Source: a virus. Taken from it: a DNA stretch of 64,000 nt. The stretch is taken from the IMG/VR virus record IMGVR_UViG_3300020045_007300, positions 30,893 through 94,892 of that record. One strand, written 5' to 3'. Shown here one piece after another: positions 42,895-52,676 of the stretch. The notes below the pieces were generated by a model, which searched no databases, was not told the origin of the DNA, and was given only the letters and a program-made list of their open reading frames with translations. Made by a program: the position numbers and the translations under genes. The stretch's first letter is position 1. Every line of letters starts with the position of its first letter.

Positions 42895-42920
42895 TTAAAG
42901 GTGCAACGTTGCACCTTTAA
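42895..42920. promoter_or_regulatory. Perfect 26-bp palindrome TTAAAGGTGCAACGTTGCACCTTTAA
   Basis: Direct observation; about 22 bp upstream of a -35 box. Confidence 0.65.
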
Positions 42921-42925
42921 ATTAC

Positions 42926-43507
42926 CTATAACCCTTTAAGATGACTCTCATATTGCGCCGTTCCAGAAAAGTTAATCGTCTTAAACCACTCTATTTTTTC
43001 ATCATCACTCATTCTAACTGAGTGCGGCATGGATATTTCATGAGAGACAATGTTATACCCATTTATAAGTCTTGATAAATCACATGGTAATTCTGAGTAA
43101 AGAAAATCAACGTCATCTATGTTCACGGAAAATTTACCACTAAGAAAGTCAATTATAGTCATAATCCGTTGTTTACCATCAATCACTTCATACTTAAAAA
43201 AGTGAGGTAATTCAGTTAGTCCTTCTTGTTGAAATTTCTTCCATTCCTCATTTGTGAATGGACAAGTATTTCGGAGGATAGATACACTGCCTATGCTAAT
43301 TCCCTTTAGTATTGAGTAAATAAGCTCTTGTTTTTGATGGTGCGACCAAATAAAATTACGTTGCAGGTTTTTTCCTCGTGATGGTAAAAAGACATTAAAG
43401 TCAATTTCATTTTTCAATGAATAACCTAAAAAATCCAGTGTACTTTCCTTGTAATCGGATAGGCGATTAAGTAATTCTCTGTGCGAGAATATTTCTGATG
43501 CTTTCAT
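42926..43507 (-). CDS. DUF262 (ParB/GmrS-like) domain protein
   Basis: LQRNFIWS, LIYSILKGI.IG, EVIDGKQR..TI, F..IN.SG. Confidence 0.88.
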   Translation of the reverse strand: MKASEIFSHRELLNRLSDYKESTLDFLGYSLKNEIDFNVFLPSRGKNLQRNFIWSHHQKQELIYSILKGISIGSVSILRNTCPFTNEEWKKFQQEGLTELPHFFKYEVIDGKQRIMTIIDFLSGKFSVNIDDVDFLYSELPCDLSRLINGYNIVSHEISMPHSVRMSDDEKIEWFKTINFSGTAQYESHLKGL

Positions 43508-43597
43508 TTTAAACCCTTAATTTAAAATAGACCTTGAATGATAGCGTGGGCAGTTTGTCAAGGTAACAAATCTTCAACCGCTAAGTCTATCCCACAC
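43508..43597 (-). promoter_or_regulatory. Family A structured leader copy 4
   Basis: gtgtggg/cccacgc stem; loop accttg complementary to caaggt and taaggg. Confidence 0.6.
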
Positions 43598-43674
43598 TGT
43601 TATTGTAACACACAAAACCATGTTACAATAAACCCATAAACCCAAACTATCGCCGCAAGGTGAAAGGAATACTC

Positions 43675-46600
43675 ATGTCTAACTGTATCTACACATTCAA
43701 CGACCCTCTGAACGGCGACAAGCAAATCACTATTGAAGGTTTGCCAGCACTCAAGGCTTATCTGTTTAAGGGTGGGGCAGAGGCTTTGCTTGGTAATGTT
43801 GCTGGTGAACTAGGTATTCCTGTGTTTGGAGTTATTAAGCAAGGCGTAGCTAAAGAAAACAGTAAGTCAGAAATAGGTAAGAAGCCAAAACTCGGAAATA
43901 ATGTTAGCATTGAAATAAGGAGCTTTTCTAGGTTTAATAGTGATGAAGACAAAAATGAATACGTTAAGTCTTTAATTAATAATGGGTTTAATTCTGACAA
44001 GTTACAAAAAGAGGTAGATAATACTGCAAAAGCATCCGAATATTTTTCGAAAGGTGGTGACGCAGGATATGCGGAAGCAACAAATTATGCCGCAACAGTT
44101 GGTAGAGATTTGCTTAATAGACTAATTTTCGCAGAAACACAATCAGCACCAAGCAAATATACACAAGAGCTTAAAAATACACCACAGAAATTGTCACCAC
44201 TACACACCGCAATAAACAACGGCAACACAACCGCCGTCCTAGAGCATATCAAAGCAAATAGTGCAACGCCGCTACACCAAATACTAGCTGATAAGCTCAC
44301 TGGAATACTGCCAGACGGAATAAACATAACCATTTCCGATACGCTGAAAAACAATCGCGGCGAATCTGGCATAATGAATTATGACTACGCATCCAAAACC
44401 GTGTCTGTTAATTTATCTGCAATCGCAAAGCTAAAGGAAAATACCACTGAGAAAGCCTTTATTCACGAGCTGATTCACGCGGTAACGGGCGAAAAGATTA
44501 ACGCCATTATGAGCAAGAATGAATCAACGCTAACCAAAGACGAAAAAATAGCGCGTACTCAACTTAAACTGATTGCTAATCTAATTGCCAAGCACGTTGA
44601 AAAAAATAGCATTACGGGCGATTTAAAGAAAATATCTGCATTAACAAGCGAAAACCTACGCGAACTTATCACCTACGGATTAACCGAACCAGCATTCCAA
44701 AAGATGCTTGCTGATATTAAAATTGGCAAAGATAAAACCGCGTGGACTCAATTTGTTCACGCCGTTGCCAAATTACTTGGCATTGAGCTTAACGAAGAAC
44801 AAGAAACCGCACTATCGGCTTTGTTGATGGTTGGTGATAGTTTGCTGGGTGATGCTCTGGCTAATATGGAAAATAATGACGCTATCGAACCGTCCCGCAC
44901 TGACATCCTTGCCAAAATAAAATTAGCCAACAAAGAAATGTTGTCGTTAGTTAATAGATTGAAAAATGGAGAAAGTGCTAAATCGCTAAATTATAGTGAA
45001 AAACTCAAAGAATTTGAAGCTGAAAAAGACCGTTTAGCAATCCTATATGACAACTCTATTGATAATGAACAAAAAAACTATCCAAACGGAATTACTCAAG
45101 AATTAATTGACGAAGTAAAAACTCATTTATCAGATAAGGTTCATAATGGATGGAATGGAGACTTTTTACCAAAAGTTAGGGTTACAAAAGGTCTCATATA
45201 CTCAATTACACTGGATGAAGAAAAAACAGAGCAAATATACCAAATTCTAAAAAATGAGCAGGATACACTGGAAAGCATTGACCAAGAAAGAAGTATTTTT
45301 AAAAATATCGTACCTAAAAAACGGCAAAATGTATGGGAAGAAGATAAGCCTTATCGTGAGTCTGGAGCAAGTCATTTTGACATCTCAGGAACGCAACGCG
45401 CATTAATGAGTGGCAGAGCTAAAGACAAGTTCGATAAGGAGGTCGCGAAAGGAACGGACAATAAAAGGAGTCTGGCTACTGGGTGGTATGACAAATTAAT
45501 ACGCGCTTATGAGAACGAGGAGTTCAGCCTTGAAACTAAAGGATTAAGTCTTGACGCAAGGAATTATATCGCTAGGCATATTGCTGATTTAAAAGCAGAA
45601 GGGGAAGATAGTGCAACCAATGAATCACAACCCGCCAACACCGAAGAATCGGCACAGCTCGTTGCGCCAAAAAACAAAATATCTAAATCAGCTAGACAAA
45701 ATCTTTATGTAGCATTGCTAAGAGCTGGATTCAAAGAGAGGTACGGTTCAGCGACACCTATTGGTAACTTGTTAATTAACGGCGAATCTTACAGCGATAC
45801 AAACATCTTAAAAAATAGCGACCTTAAGCAAAATTTTACAATTCAAACTATTAAAGACGGTAAAGTTGGAAGAATTGAGTTAACACCGCATCAATTAGTT
45901 AAAGCGGCTAAATCAGCAGGTAATCCTGTTTTTGATAAAGTTGATGGCATTGATAGTATCAAACCATCAAAATCAACCACGCCAACAAACGCCCACACCA
46001 AAACCACACTAACCAGCGCATTACGCACAGTGATGGATCGTGAATATGGCAGTGGATGGACTCAGAGGTTGTTGGCTACTGGGAAGTTCGAGGTAATGAC
46101 TCGCGCCGAAGCGCAAGCACTTGAACCCACAGCCAATCTTGATAACGTACAGGGCTATTATTCTGCTAAGCACGATAAAACCATCCTGATTGCTGAACAG
46201 ATTGCAAAGGGTAAAGATTTAAAGGGTTTAATGTTGCATGAAATCGGTGTTCACGCGCAAAACTTAAATCTTGAGCAAAAAGAATTTAATGAAATTTTAA
46301 ACCAGCTTGAACGAATGAGAAAATTTAGCAAACCCGTCCAAGCGGCATACATTAGAGCGTTAAACTCTTTTAGTCTTAGCTCTATGCCTATCGATAGCGT
46401 TCCACAAACAAGCATAAGAAACGCCTATTCTAGTAGCGACATCTCTAATGCTAAGACCGCTATCAATAAGCTGATAAATAACATTGAAATCATAATTGGT
46501 TCTGGTGTACGCAGGGGTATAAGCACCAATAACGTCAAGAACCCTTCTAACAGAGCTTGGGTGGCAATTAAGAATCTTTCCAATCTCAGTGTACTTGAGA

Positions 46601-48780
46601 CCAGACTCAACAAGAATCTTGGCTTTGTCGGTATCAATAAAGCTAGGATTATGGTGTCTAGCATGAGAGATATTGTCAGTAATGACGAGATTTTCAATTC
46701 TATTATCGAGTTTATTCCCATTGATATGATGAATATGCTCATCAACGGAAAGCTTTCTGCCAATGGACATCTCTACGATATGTCTATGCTCATAGATAGT
46801 CTTCCCGTTAATACTGATAACTCTATATCCTCTTTTTCCGACATACCCATTAGGATTGCTATGAATGTATTTAATTCTGCAATCTCTGGAGCAGCAAACA
46901 ACCCCCTTGAGTTTAGTAAATCTAGCGGGATTGACATGAAAGATATTTCCGCATTGAACGCAAGGCTTGCTGGAGTTAATTCTGTCGTTGGCACGAAGGA
47001 AAGTAGCGGAGCAAGACTGACTGCAAAAAACATCAGTGGATTTTATGCTGCTAGGCTGTCTAATTACATCGACACCGCAATTAGCGCATTGGAAAACAAT
47101 GGATTTATTAGTAAAGATACCTCTGCACGAATTAGAACAAAAGAACAATCCAGATTTACAAACTCTAATCTGGGTGTTGGTTCTAGTGAGAATGGTATTG
47201 CAGGTGGTACAATTGACAATAGGCATGATGTTACTCCGAATAGTAATGTTATGTCAGGTGATAAACCTGTTGAAGCAGACTTATCACCGACTATTATATC
47301 AAAAAAAGATGTTATGCACGAGGTATTAGCTTATTTAGTTGAGTACCATCCTAAATTATCAATCAATCAAAAATTCCTAGCATGGTTTAAATCAAAGTTG
47401 CGCGCATTGGGCAAAGCATTACCTAAGTTGGAACAGTTGAAGTGGGTGCGTTGGGCAAATTCGCTAAATGAGCAAGATTTAGTGTCTGTGGCAAGTAGTG
47501 CATTACGAAACGCACCCAATGATCTGATGTTTGATAATGTGGGGCGTGGTGATGAAGTGGTTAAGTTGTCGGAACAGCAAGCACGGTTTTACTCAGCTCT
47601 ACGAAAAGCGTTTTTATTAGCACCTGAAAAAGTATTTACCAACGGCGCAGCAGTAAAGGCTTGGATTAATGGTAATGCTGGTAAATTTGAGGTCAAGAAA
47701 GATGAAATTTACTGGTCTGGATTAAATGAATTTTTAGATATGCAGGGCAAGGTTAGCCGTGATGATGTGGTTCGGTTCTTGGATACTAATGGCGTGAAAG
47801 TTGATACCATTGAATTAAACGGAATTCCTGTTTATCCAAAAGGTTCATACATGGATGATGACGGCGATGTAAGACAACAGGAAGAATGGAGGGTAACTAA
47901 TGAAGGTGACGAATTATCAGATGATGAACTGGACGATTTATTATCTGAAATGACGGACGTATCTGGCAATTATGTTGAAGGAGAGGGCGGTAATGCTATT
48001 AATTCAGATGATTGGCTAAAGCAGGAAGGTGGAGAAAATTACAGGGAATTAATTGTTACTGCACCTCAAGCTGAATCATATAACGAAAATGATCGTATGC
48101 ACTATGGAGAAATTAGCGATGGTCAAGCTATTGTATGGTCAAGGCTTACTGATAGAGAAACTAATAATGGTGAAAAGATACTGTTTGTTGAAGAAATACA
48201 ATCACAAAGAGCGGATGATTATCGAGCTAAATATAAAGGAAAGCCATTAATAGAGAATAATTATAGGGATGAAAAGTATTTGGATGATAGTGAAAAAATA
48301 CCAGAAGCCCCTTTTATCTCGTCATCAAGTAAAACCCCATCAACAGCTTATATAACACTTATATTAAAAAAGATAGTTTCTAGTGCGATTGATAACAATC
48401 AGTCTATTGTTGCTTGGGCTACTGCTGAACAAATGCCAAGTAGTGAGAATGTGGAGTCATGGGGAAATGCAATGTATGGAAACCAATATGGATTGGATGA
48501 AAAAGAAAATCCAGCATTAATTACCTTGGTGGCACGGGAAATAGCGCGTAAATTTGGTGGTAAAATCGGCACGGTTAATTTGAGTACAGGAACACAACCA
48601 GCATTGATTATCACGCCTGAGATGCGTCAGAAAGTGATTAATGAGGGTATGCCCTTGTTTAGCAAAGCACAGCCAAAAGATAACGACTTGCAATCAAAAA
48701 TCACCGACGCAATTGACGCAGAATGGTTGAATATCGTCAATGAAATGAAGCGTCAGGGAGTGATCAAAATACGGTGTTAG
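43675..48780 (+). CDS. Giant polyvalent virion protein B (probable start 43675, MSNC...): two zincin metallopeptidase-like domains and a C-terminal EEIQS-motif domain
   Basis: HELIH at 44464, HEIGVH at 46237, LFVEEIQS; SD AAGGA plus GNRA hairpin; Cys only at residue 4 and the last residue. Confidence 0.88.
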   Translation: MSNCIYTFNDPLNGDKQITIEGLPALKAYLFKGGAEALLGNVAGELGIPVFGVIKQGVAKENSKSEIGKKPKLGNNVSIEIRSFSRFNSDEDKNEYVKSLINNGFNSDKLQKEVDNTAKASEYFSKGGDAGYAEATNYAATVGRDLLNRLIFAETQSAPSKYTQELKNTPQKLSPLHTAINNGNTTAVLEHIKANSATPLHQILADKLTGILPDGINITISDTLKNNRGESGIMNYDYASKTVSVNLSAIAKLKENTTEKAFIHELIHAVTGEKINAIMSKNESTLTKDEKIARTQLKLIANLIAKHVEKNSITGDLKKISALTSENLRELITYGLTEPAFQKMLADIKIGKDKTAWTQFVHAVAKLLGIELNEEQETALSALLMVGDSLLGDALANMENNDAIEPSRTDILAKIKLANKEMLSLVNRLKNGESAKSLNYSEKLKEFEAEKDRLAILYDNSIDNEQKNYPNGITQELIDEVKTHLSDKVHNGWNGDFLPKVRVTKGLIYSITLDEEKTEQIYQILKNEQDTLESIDQERSIFKNIVPKKRQNVWEEDKPYRESGASHFDISGTQRALMSGRAKDKFDKEVAKGTDNKRSLATGWYDKLIRAYENEEFSLETKGLSLDARNYIARHIADLKAEGEDSATNESQPANTEESAQLVAPKNKISKSARQNLYVALLRAGFKERYGSATPIGNLLINGESYSDTNILKNSDLKQNFTIQTIKDGKVGRIELTPHQLVKAAKSAGNPVFDKVDGIDSIKPSKSTTPTNAHTKTTLTSALRTVMDREYGSGWTQRLLATGKFEVMTRAEAQALEPTANLDNVQGYYSAKHDKTILIAEQIAKGKDLKGLMLHEIGVHAQNLNLEQKEFNEILNQLERMRKFSKPVQAAYIRALNSFSLSSMPIDSVPQTSIRNAYSSSDISNAKTAINKLINNIEIIIGSGVRRGISTNNVKNPSNRAWVAIKNLSNLSVLETRLNKNLGFVGINKARIMVSSMRDIVSNDEIFNSIIEFIPIDMMNMLINGKLSANGHLYDMSMLIDSLPVNTDNSISSFSDIPIRIAMNVFNSAISGAANNPLEFSKSSGIDMKDISALNARLAGVNSVVGTKESSGARLTAKNISGFYAARLSNYIDTAISALENNGFISKDTSARIRTKEQSRFTNSNLGVGSSENGIAGGTIDNRHDVTPNSNVMSGDKPVEADLSPTIISKKDVMHEVLAYLVEYHPKLSINQKFLAWFKSKLRALGKALPKLEQLKWVRWANSLNEQDLVSVASSALRNAPNDLMFDNVGRGDEVVKLSEQQARFYSALRKAFLLAPEKVFTNGAAVKAWINGNAGKFEVKKDEIYWSGLNEFLDMQGKVSRDDVVRFLDTNGVKVDTIELNGIPVYPKGSYMDDDGDVRQQEEWRVTNEGDELSDDELDDLLSEMTDVSGNYVEGEGGNAINSDDWLKQEGGENYRELIVTAPQAESYNENDRMHYGEISDGQAIVWSRLTDRETNNGEKILFVEEIQSQRADDYRAKYKGKPLIENNYRDEKYLDDSEKIPEAPFISSSSKTPSTAYITLILKKIVSSAIDNNQSIVAWATAEQMPSSENVESWGNAMYGNQYGLDEKENPALITLVAREIARKFGGKIGTVNLSTGTQPALIITPEMRQKVINEGMPLFSKAQPKDNDLQSKITDAIDAEWLNIVNEMKRQGVIKIRC
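46360..47226 (-). CDS. Zn-finger-repeat HNH endonuclease with C-terminal HTHs, nested antisense in giant B
   Basis: Repeated CxxC/FCS..C, YEHRHIVE..IGRKL..EHIHHINGNKLDNRIENL; own GGAG SD and TGnTATAAT at about 47293-47301. Confidence 0.9.
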   Translation of the reverse strand: MPIVNCTTCNTILTRTNTQIRVCKSGLFFCSNSCRGIFTNKSIVFQCANCGVDVIRQPSSIKSTDVFCSQSCSATFLRANDRINSSKPCVQCGNIFHVNPARFTKLKGVVCCSRDCRIKYIHSNPNGYVGKRGYRVISINGKTIYEHRHIVEMSIGRKLSVDEHIHHINGNKLDNRIENLVITDNISHARHHNPSFIDTDKAKILVESGLKYTEIGKILNCHPSSVRRVLDVIGAYTPAYTRTNYDFNVIYQLIDSGLSIRDVATRIGVSYACLWNAIDRHRAKTKRV

Positions 48781-48785
48781 GAGAT

Positions 48786-48813
48786 AACCCGCCTTAATCG
48801 GGCGGGTGTTTTT
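48786..48813. terminator. Intrinsic terminator after giant B
   Basis: acccgcc/ggcgggt plus T-run. Confidence 0.8.
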
Positions 48814-48822
48814 CTTGACTAT

Positions 48823-50727
48823 TTAGGATAAATCATCCAGTGAAAACACAATCCCATAGCAATACACATCATCATCTTCCATTACCTTAAACTCAGCATG
48901 AGTAATATCGGTTTTGTATGACCATGAGCAATTACGGTCTTTGTCATCCCAGATAGCATCGACTTTGCTGCATTTATTTTTTTCTGATATTGAGTATTTG
49001 CACTCGCATTCACATTCTTCAAAAAGACCGATATTGCTGATAAATACAGTCGCACCCTCCCACGCACTAACCTCATCACGAATAGCACCGCGAAACTCTA
49101 TTAAGTCATCGCTAGAGCCGAATACGATAACCATGTTATTCTCCTTTGCCATTTCTATTATTTCTTGACTAGGGTCATCTGGGTATTCCAGACCGTCCAG
49201 CATTTCTGCTACCTTGTTAATCATTTTTTACCACCTTGATAGTGTGCGTTAGTAGTGGGCATTTAGGGTGCCTAGCGTCTCTCATTGAATATGTTGAACA
49301 AAACAACTGCTTATTTAATACACACCCATCTCCCTCTTGGTCAAAATCATATTGTAAAAAAATACAATCATGACATCCAGACGATACTATTACTTTTTCT
49401 GGTAATTCACTCATCGCCATACTCCTCACTAGCCGAACATTCAACACACCACCCAGCTTCCAATTCATCACCGCACACGGTGCAATAACATTCCATACAC
49501 AGCCTATCTTCACTGACTTGATGGCATTTGTCGCAGGTATATTGTTCTTTAGCAGGTAAATCAATCAATGGACAATCGCTGTGCGGAATAGTAAAACCAT
49601 AGTCACTTTCTCTAAGAACCTCAATAGGTTTCGACCAGTGGCACACTGACACGCCAGTAATACCAATGCTCGCAAAAACGCATTGACCTTCTTTATTTGC
49701 ACAGGTACGGCGCGTACCATCTTTAGTAAAGAATACTGGTATTTGTAGCGAAACGTAATTAATCATGATTGCACCAATAAATTAGCAGAATCAATAAAAT
49801 CACCACAAACATAATCACGCTTTGTGCTTATGTGAGAAGCAACGTCAACCAAAGAGCAATTTTCTATTCCAGAAAAAGCCAATGACTCTGCACTACTAAC
49901 TGGGGCGCGTCTTGTGCAGTCTCCAACCAGAGAATTATGCCACCGCCACCAGTCACAACCAGCGCAACATGGTTTTCCGTGTTTTACATAAAACTTATCG
50001 ACAAAATCTTGCGTACATTTATTAATCATGATTGCACCAACCCCTTGTTTTCAATTCTAGCCAAGTCATTAATGTGGTCAAAACCAATCCGTTGAGCAGT
50101 TGCGGTAATGTAATATTCGACCTCAACTTTAGCATCATGGGTCGCTGCATCCAATGCTTCTTCTGCTTGCTGCACAGTAAACGCAACATTTGACGGCATA
50201 TTGTCCACAGTGCATTTTAACGAATGATGCAATTGTTGCAGTTGTTTCTTCGTTGGCTTTCCAGCTATCAATTCCTCAAGTTCGGCAACTTGGCTTTTCA
50301 TCCTTTCAATAGCTTTTGAACAGCTATCTTTAATTTCTTGCCGATGAGTTTGATGTTTTGTTTCTATTTTCTCTATGTACGGAGCTAATAGGCGCGATCC
50401 ATTTTCATCGCGGTAAACCTCAAGCGTAACAGGTGTACCACTGCCATTACCATTGCTGGTTATAAATCTGGAAAATTGAGCATGACTCATTGAAAATTCA
50501 CACACGGTTTCAGTGCCATGATTCCAATCATTACTTAAATGACGGTGATGCTCCGCTTGCTCAATCTTTATTGAGATACATTGATTATGCCCAATATCAG
50601 AACCGAATAACGAAGTGTTACCACCGTTACGAGTAGTCATTGTGATTAATCCGTATGCAGGATGGGTAAATACTTGGTTGTCTGGAGTTGATTTTTCAGA
50701 CGGTGTTGGTTTTTGTGAGTTTTTCAT
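48823..50727 (-). other. Minus-strand operon of hypothetical phage genes (48823-49224, 49217-~49414, 49407-49766, 49763-50029, 50026-50727)
   Basis: ATGA-coupled ORFs, several Cys-rich. Confidence 0.7.
49758..50040. repeat. 20-bp perfect direct repeat ATTAATCATGATTGCACCAA (49758-49777 and 50021-50040)
   Basis: Direct observation; brackets ORF 49763-50029. Confidence 0.85.
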
Positions 50728-50832
50728 TTTGAAATCCTTGAACGTGGATAAAGTGGTTTGAACAAATTAGAACTACGGAAACGCTTGTTCAAGGCGCGTT
50801 AGGTCGGGTAATTAGTCTGACCATATCCGTAG
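50728..50832 (-). promoter_or_regulatory. Family A-like structured leader copy 5
   Basis: ctacgga/tccgtag stem; loop ccttgaacaa complementary to ttgttcaa and gttcaagg. Confidence 0.55.
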
Positions 50833-50875
50833 GTGATATAATAATAGCTCAATCAACAACATTTGAATACAAATA

Positions 50876-52330
50876 ATGAATAAAATCACTAAATTAATTT
50901 TTACCTTGTTCGTATTGCTTTCATTTCAAGCAAGTGCGGCAACCTATTATGTATCACCAACGGGTAGTGATTCCAGCAATGGCACAGCATTATCCACACC
51001 GCTAAAAACTATCGGAAATGCCTTATCAAAAGCGAAACCAGCCGATACTGTTTACGTCATGACAGGTGTTTACGGAGAAACCGTATCGATGGATAAAAAC
51101 AACATCACCTTGTCGGCATACCAGAACAATACGCCTGTCATTGACGGAGGCGGCTCACTACCAAAAGGTAACTGGGGCGTTATGTTGGCAGTCAATGGTA
51201 ATAACAACAATATTTCAGGATTTGAGGTAAAGAACTCAAATACATCGGGTATAAATCAGGGCGGCTACGGTATCCAAGTGGCAGGGGCGCATAACTTAAT
51301 ATCCCACATGAATGTCCATCACTCATGGGAACAAGGCGTTATTATTAACGGCGATTACAACACCGTTGAAGACTCTATCGTATGGCAGAACGCACGACAA
51401 AATTCAGCTAAAGCGGGTTCTGGTGGCTGGGGAACTGGCATGAGTGCGGCTAGAAATGTCGATGCGTCTGCATTGAAAGCTGGCATTACCTCTTACGCTA
51501 CGTTTAGACGTAACACGGTTTTTAACAACTGGGGCGAAGGCTTATCATGCTTTGAAGCTGAATTTTGTACAATGGAAGATAATGTTGTTTATGACAACTG
51601 GACTATCAACTTGTACATTTCAGATACCAGTAACAGCTTAATTCAACGCAACCTTGTCTATGTGTCGTCAAATCCAGCTATTCCTATGCGATACAAGGGC
51701 AATAGCACGCTCACGTTAGCCGATGAACGGACAAATAAACCACGCTCCACAAATAACACAATTATCAATAATTTTATGTACGGTGGTGGCGTTGACGCTT
51801 TCGAGTGGACAGAGGTTAATGGTCCTGGTTTGGTCGGTGCATTAATTGCCAATAACACGATTATCGGTGATTTTTCCACAGGTAGCATTAACTCAAACTC
51901 GATTATCAAAAATAACTTGGTTGTTGGTGGTGTAAATATCCCGTCAAAAAATGGCTTGGCATTATCAAATAACAGCTGGGATTTTAACGCTGATCCATTA
52001 TTAGCTAAGTCTGGTTCTGTGCAAAGTGGCTTATTAACCAGTGATTATTTCAGACTGCTACCCAGTTCACCGATGATTGGCAAAGGCATTGCATTGGCAG
52101 CAGTAAAGGATGACTTCTTTAAATCTGTGCGTAAAGCAATACCTGATATTGGCGCACATGAGTTTGGTGATTCTATTGTACCTCCACCGCCCCCAGTTGA
52201 TAAAAACGTACAAGTTAGCGTGACAATGCCAACATCAGTGCGTGACGCTATTAAAACTGATTCAAAAGAAAAAAACACTACGATGTCTAAAAATATCACT
52301 GCAATTTTAAGTGTATATTTGAAAAAGTAG
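50876..52330 (+). CDS. Secreted right-handed beta-helix (pectate lyase-like) protein
   Basis: Signal peptide ending ASA-A, YYVSPTGSD.N.GT..P.KTI, Asn-ladder repeats, PDIGAHEF. Confidence 0.88.
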   Translation: MNKITKLIFTLFVLLSFQASAATYYVSPTGSDSSNGTALSTPLKTIGNALSKAKPADTVYVMTGVYGETVSMDKNNITLSAYQNNTPVIDGGGSLPKGNWGVMLAVNGNNNNISGFEVKNSNTSGINQGGYGIQVAGAHNLISHMNVHHSWEQGVIINGDYNTVEDSIVWQNARQNSAKAGSGGWGTGMSAARNVDASALKAGITSYATFRRNTVFNNWGEGLSCFEAEFCTMEDNVVYDNWTINLYISDTSNSLIQRNLVYVSSNPAIPMRYKGNSTLTLADERTNKPRSTNNTIINNFMYGGGVDAFEWTEVNGPGLVGALIANNTIIGDFSTGSINSNSIIKNNLVVGGVNIPSKNGLALSNNSWDFNADPLLAKSGSVQSGLLTSDYFRLLPSSPMIGKGIALAAVKDDFFKSVRKAIPDIGAHEFGDSIVPPPPPVDKNVQVSVTMPTSVRDAIKTDSKEKNTTMSKNITAILSVYLKK

Positions 52331-52395
52331 GTTATAATTATGTTCGGTTGTGAAGTAGCTACGGAATTTGGGGCGACAATTATATCAATCATAAA

Positions 52396-52676
52396 TAGCC
52401 TATTAACCATGTGTTGAAAAATTTACGATGCCGTCATTAATGGCGTTATCAGCAATAAAATCTATTAAAGCCGTCTATGATTTACCCTAAATCAATGTGA
52501 GACGATACGCTTAGGCGTTAAAAGTATCGTCAATGAGGGTTTATGTGAGTCGCTATCACTGTGTCATTGGACTAGGTGGCTTTATTTTTTAGCCTATTAA
52601 CCATGTGTTGAAAAAGTTACGATGCCGTTATTGGTGAAAGTGTACCTTAAGTGGTGACAATGACGTTATCAGAAAT
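52396..52676 (+). repeat. Duplicated non-coding unit (52396-52456 and 52590-52676)
   Basis: 43-nt repeat with 2 mismatches plus shared aatgRcgttatcagMaat. Confidence 0.85.

Noticed and set aside
52396-52676. CRISPR-like repeat
   Set aside because: Only two copies, about 150 nt apart, and no cas genes
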